From contig NC_057720.1 of assembly GCF_004010195.1 (NCBI RefSeq), positions 22,286,243-22,350,242 on the forward strand: 64,000 bases of DNA. Direction: 5' to 3'. Source of the DNA: Chiloscyllium plagiosum. Its lineage: Eukaryota. The notes beneath the pieces are model-generated. The model was not told the origin of the DNA. It did not search any database and saw nothing but the letters and a program-made list of their open reading frames with translations. The number at the start of each line of letters is the position of its first letter. The stretch's first letter is position 1. A program made the translations under genes and the position numbers. Of the stretch, positions 63,538 to 64,000 are shown in pieces.

Positions 63538-64000
63538 ATAAGATGTTTTTACGAACTTGAAACCTGGCCTCCTGGTCTGGTGAGAGGAATACTATCACTG
63601 TGCCACTAACTTTTGATGTTACAATACTAAATAATCATTAATTAAGCAGCTGAAGGTATTTGAGCCTTAGATGCTACCCTGCGGAACTCCTGCAATGGTG
63701 TGCTGGGACTGAGATGATTGATCACAAACAATCACAACTGTCTTCCTTTGTTGCATTTAGCGGAGAAATTTTCCCTTTGATTCCCATTGACTTCAATCTT
63801 GCTGGAGCTCCGTGAATTCACAATCAAATGCTGTCTTACCTTTCTTCTGGAATTCAGTTTTTTTGTCTTTGGACATGAGGTGATAATGAGGTCAGAAGCA
63901 GACCAATCCTGGCAGAGCCCAACTTGTGCATCAAGGAGCAGATTATGAGGGAATACTGTCATGATGATGTGTATGTGCAAAATGGAACATGAATCTTTAG

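Overview
This is eukaryotic, AT-rich, repeat-dense DNA with no recognisable intact host gene. The repeat families point to a cartilaginous fish, probably a shark: HE1-type V-SINEs, HER1/CR1 LINEs, Deu-domain SINEs and abundant Penelope-like elements (inference from family recognition, no search run). The window reads as a large intron or gene desert. It holds nested CR1/L2 LINE fragments, SINEs, at least three Penelope-like element (PLE) families, a pogo/Tigger-type MITE, a solo LTR with a 5-bp target-site duplication (TSD), a decayed Gypsy-type 3' end and several decayed PIF/Harbinger relics. Repeat-poor stretches with TAAT-rich blocks separate these clusters. Main observations: (1) about 14 minimal hammerhead-ribozyme motifs (CUGANGA-stem-GAAA), five with intact cores, carried by PLE ends, several in short palindromic TSD-flanked insertions; (2) a near-perfect 68-bp-arm hairpin in non-PLE DNA at 8977-9122; (3) several larger inverted repeats; (4) about 180 bp of unassigned DNA apparently co-inserted with a PLE. 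A 253-N assembly gap lies at 47286-47538. Boundaries of decayed repeats are approximate; TSD- and TIR-defined boundaries were read base by base. Most ORFs in the track are repeat-derived or chance.
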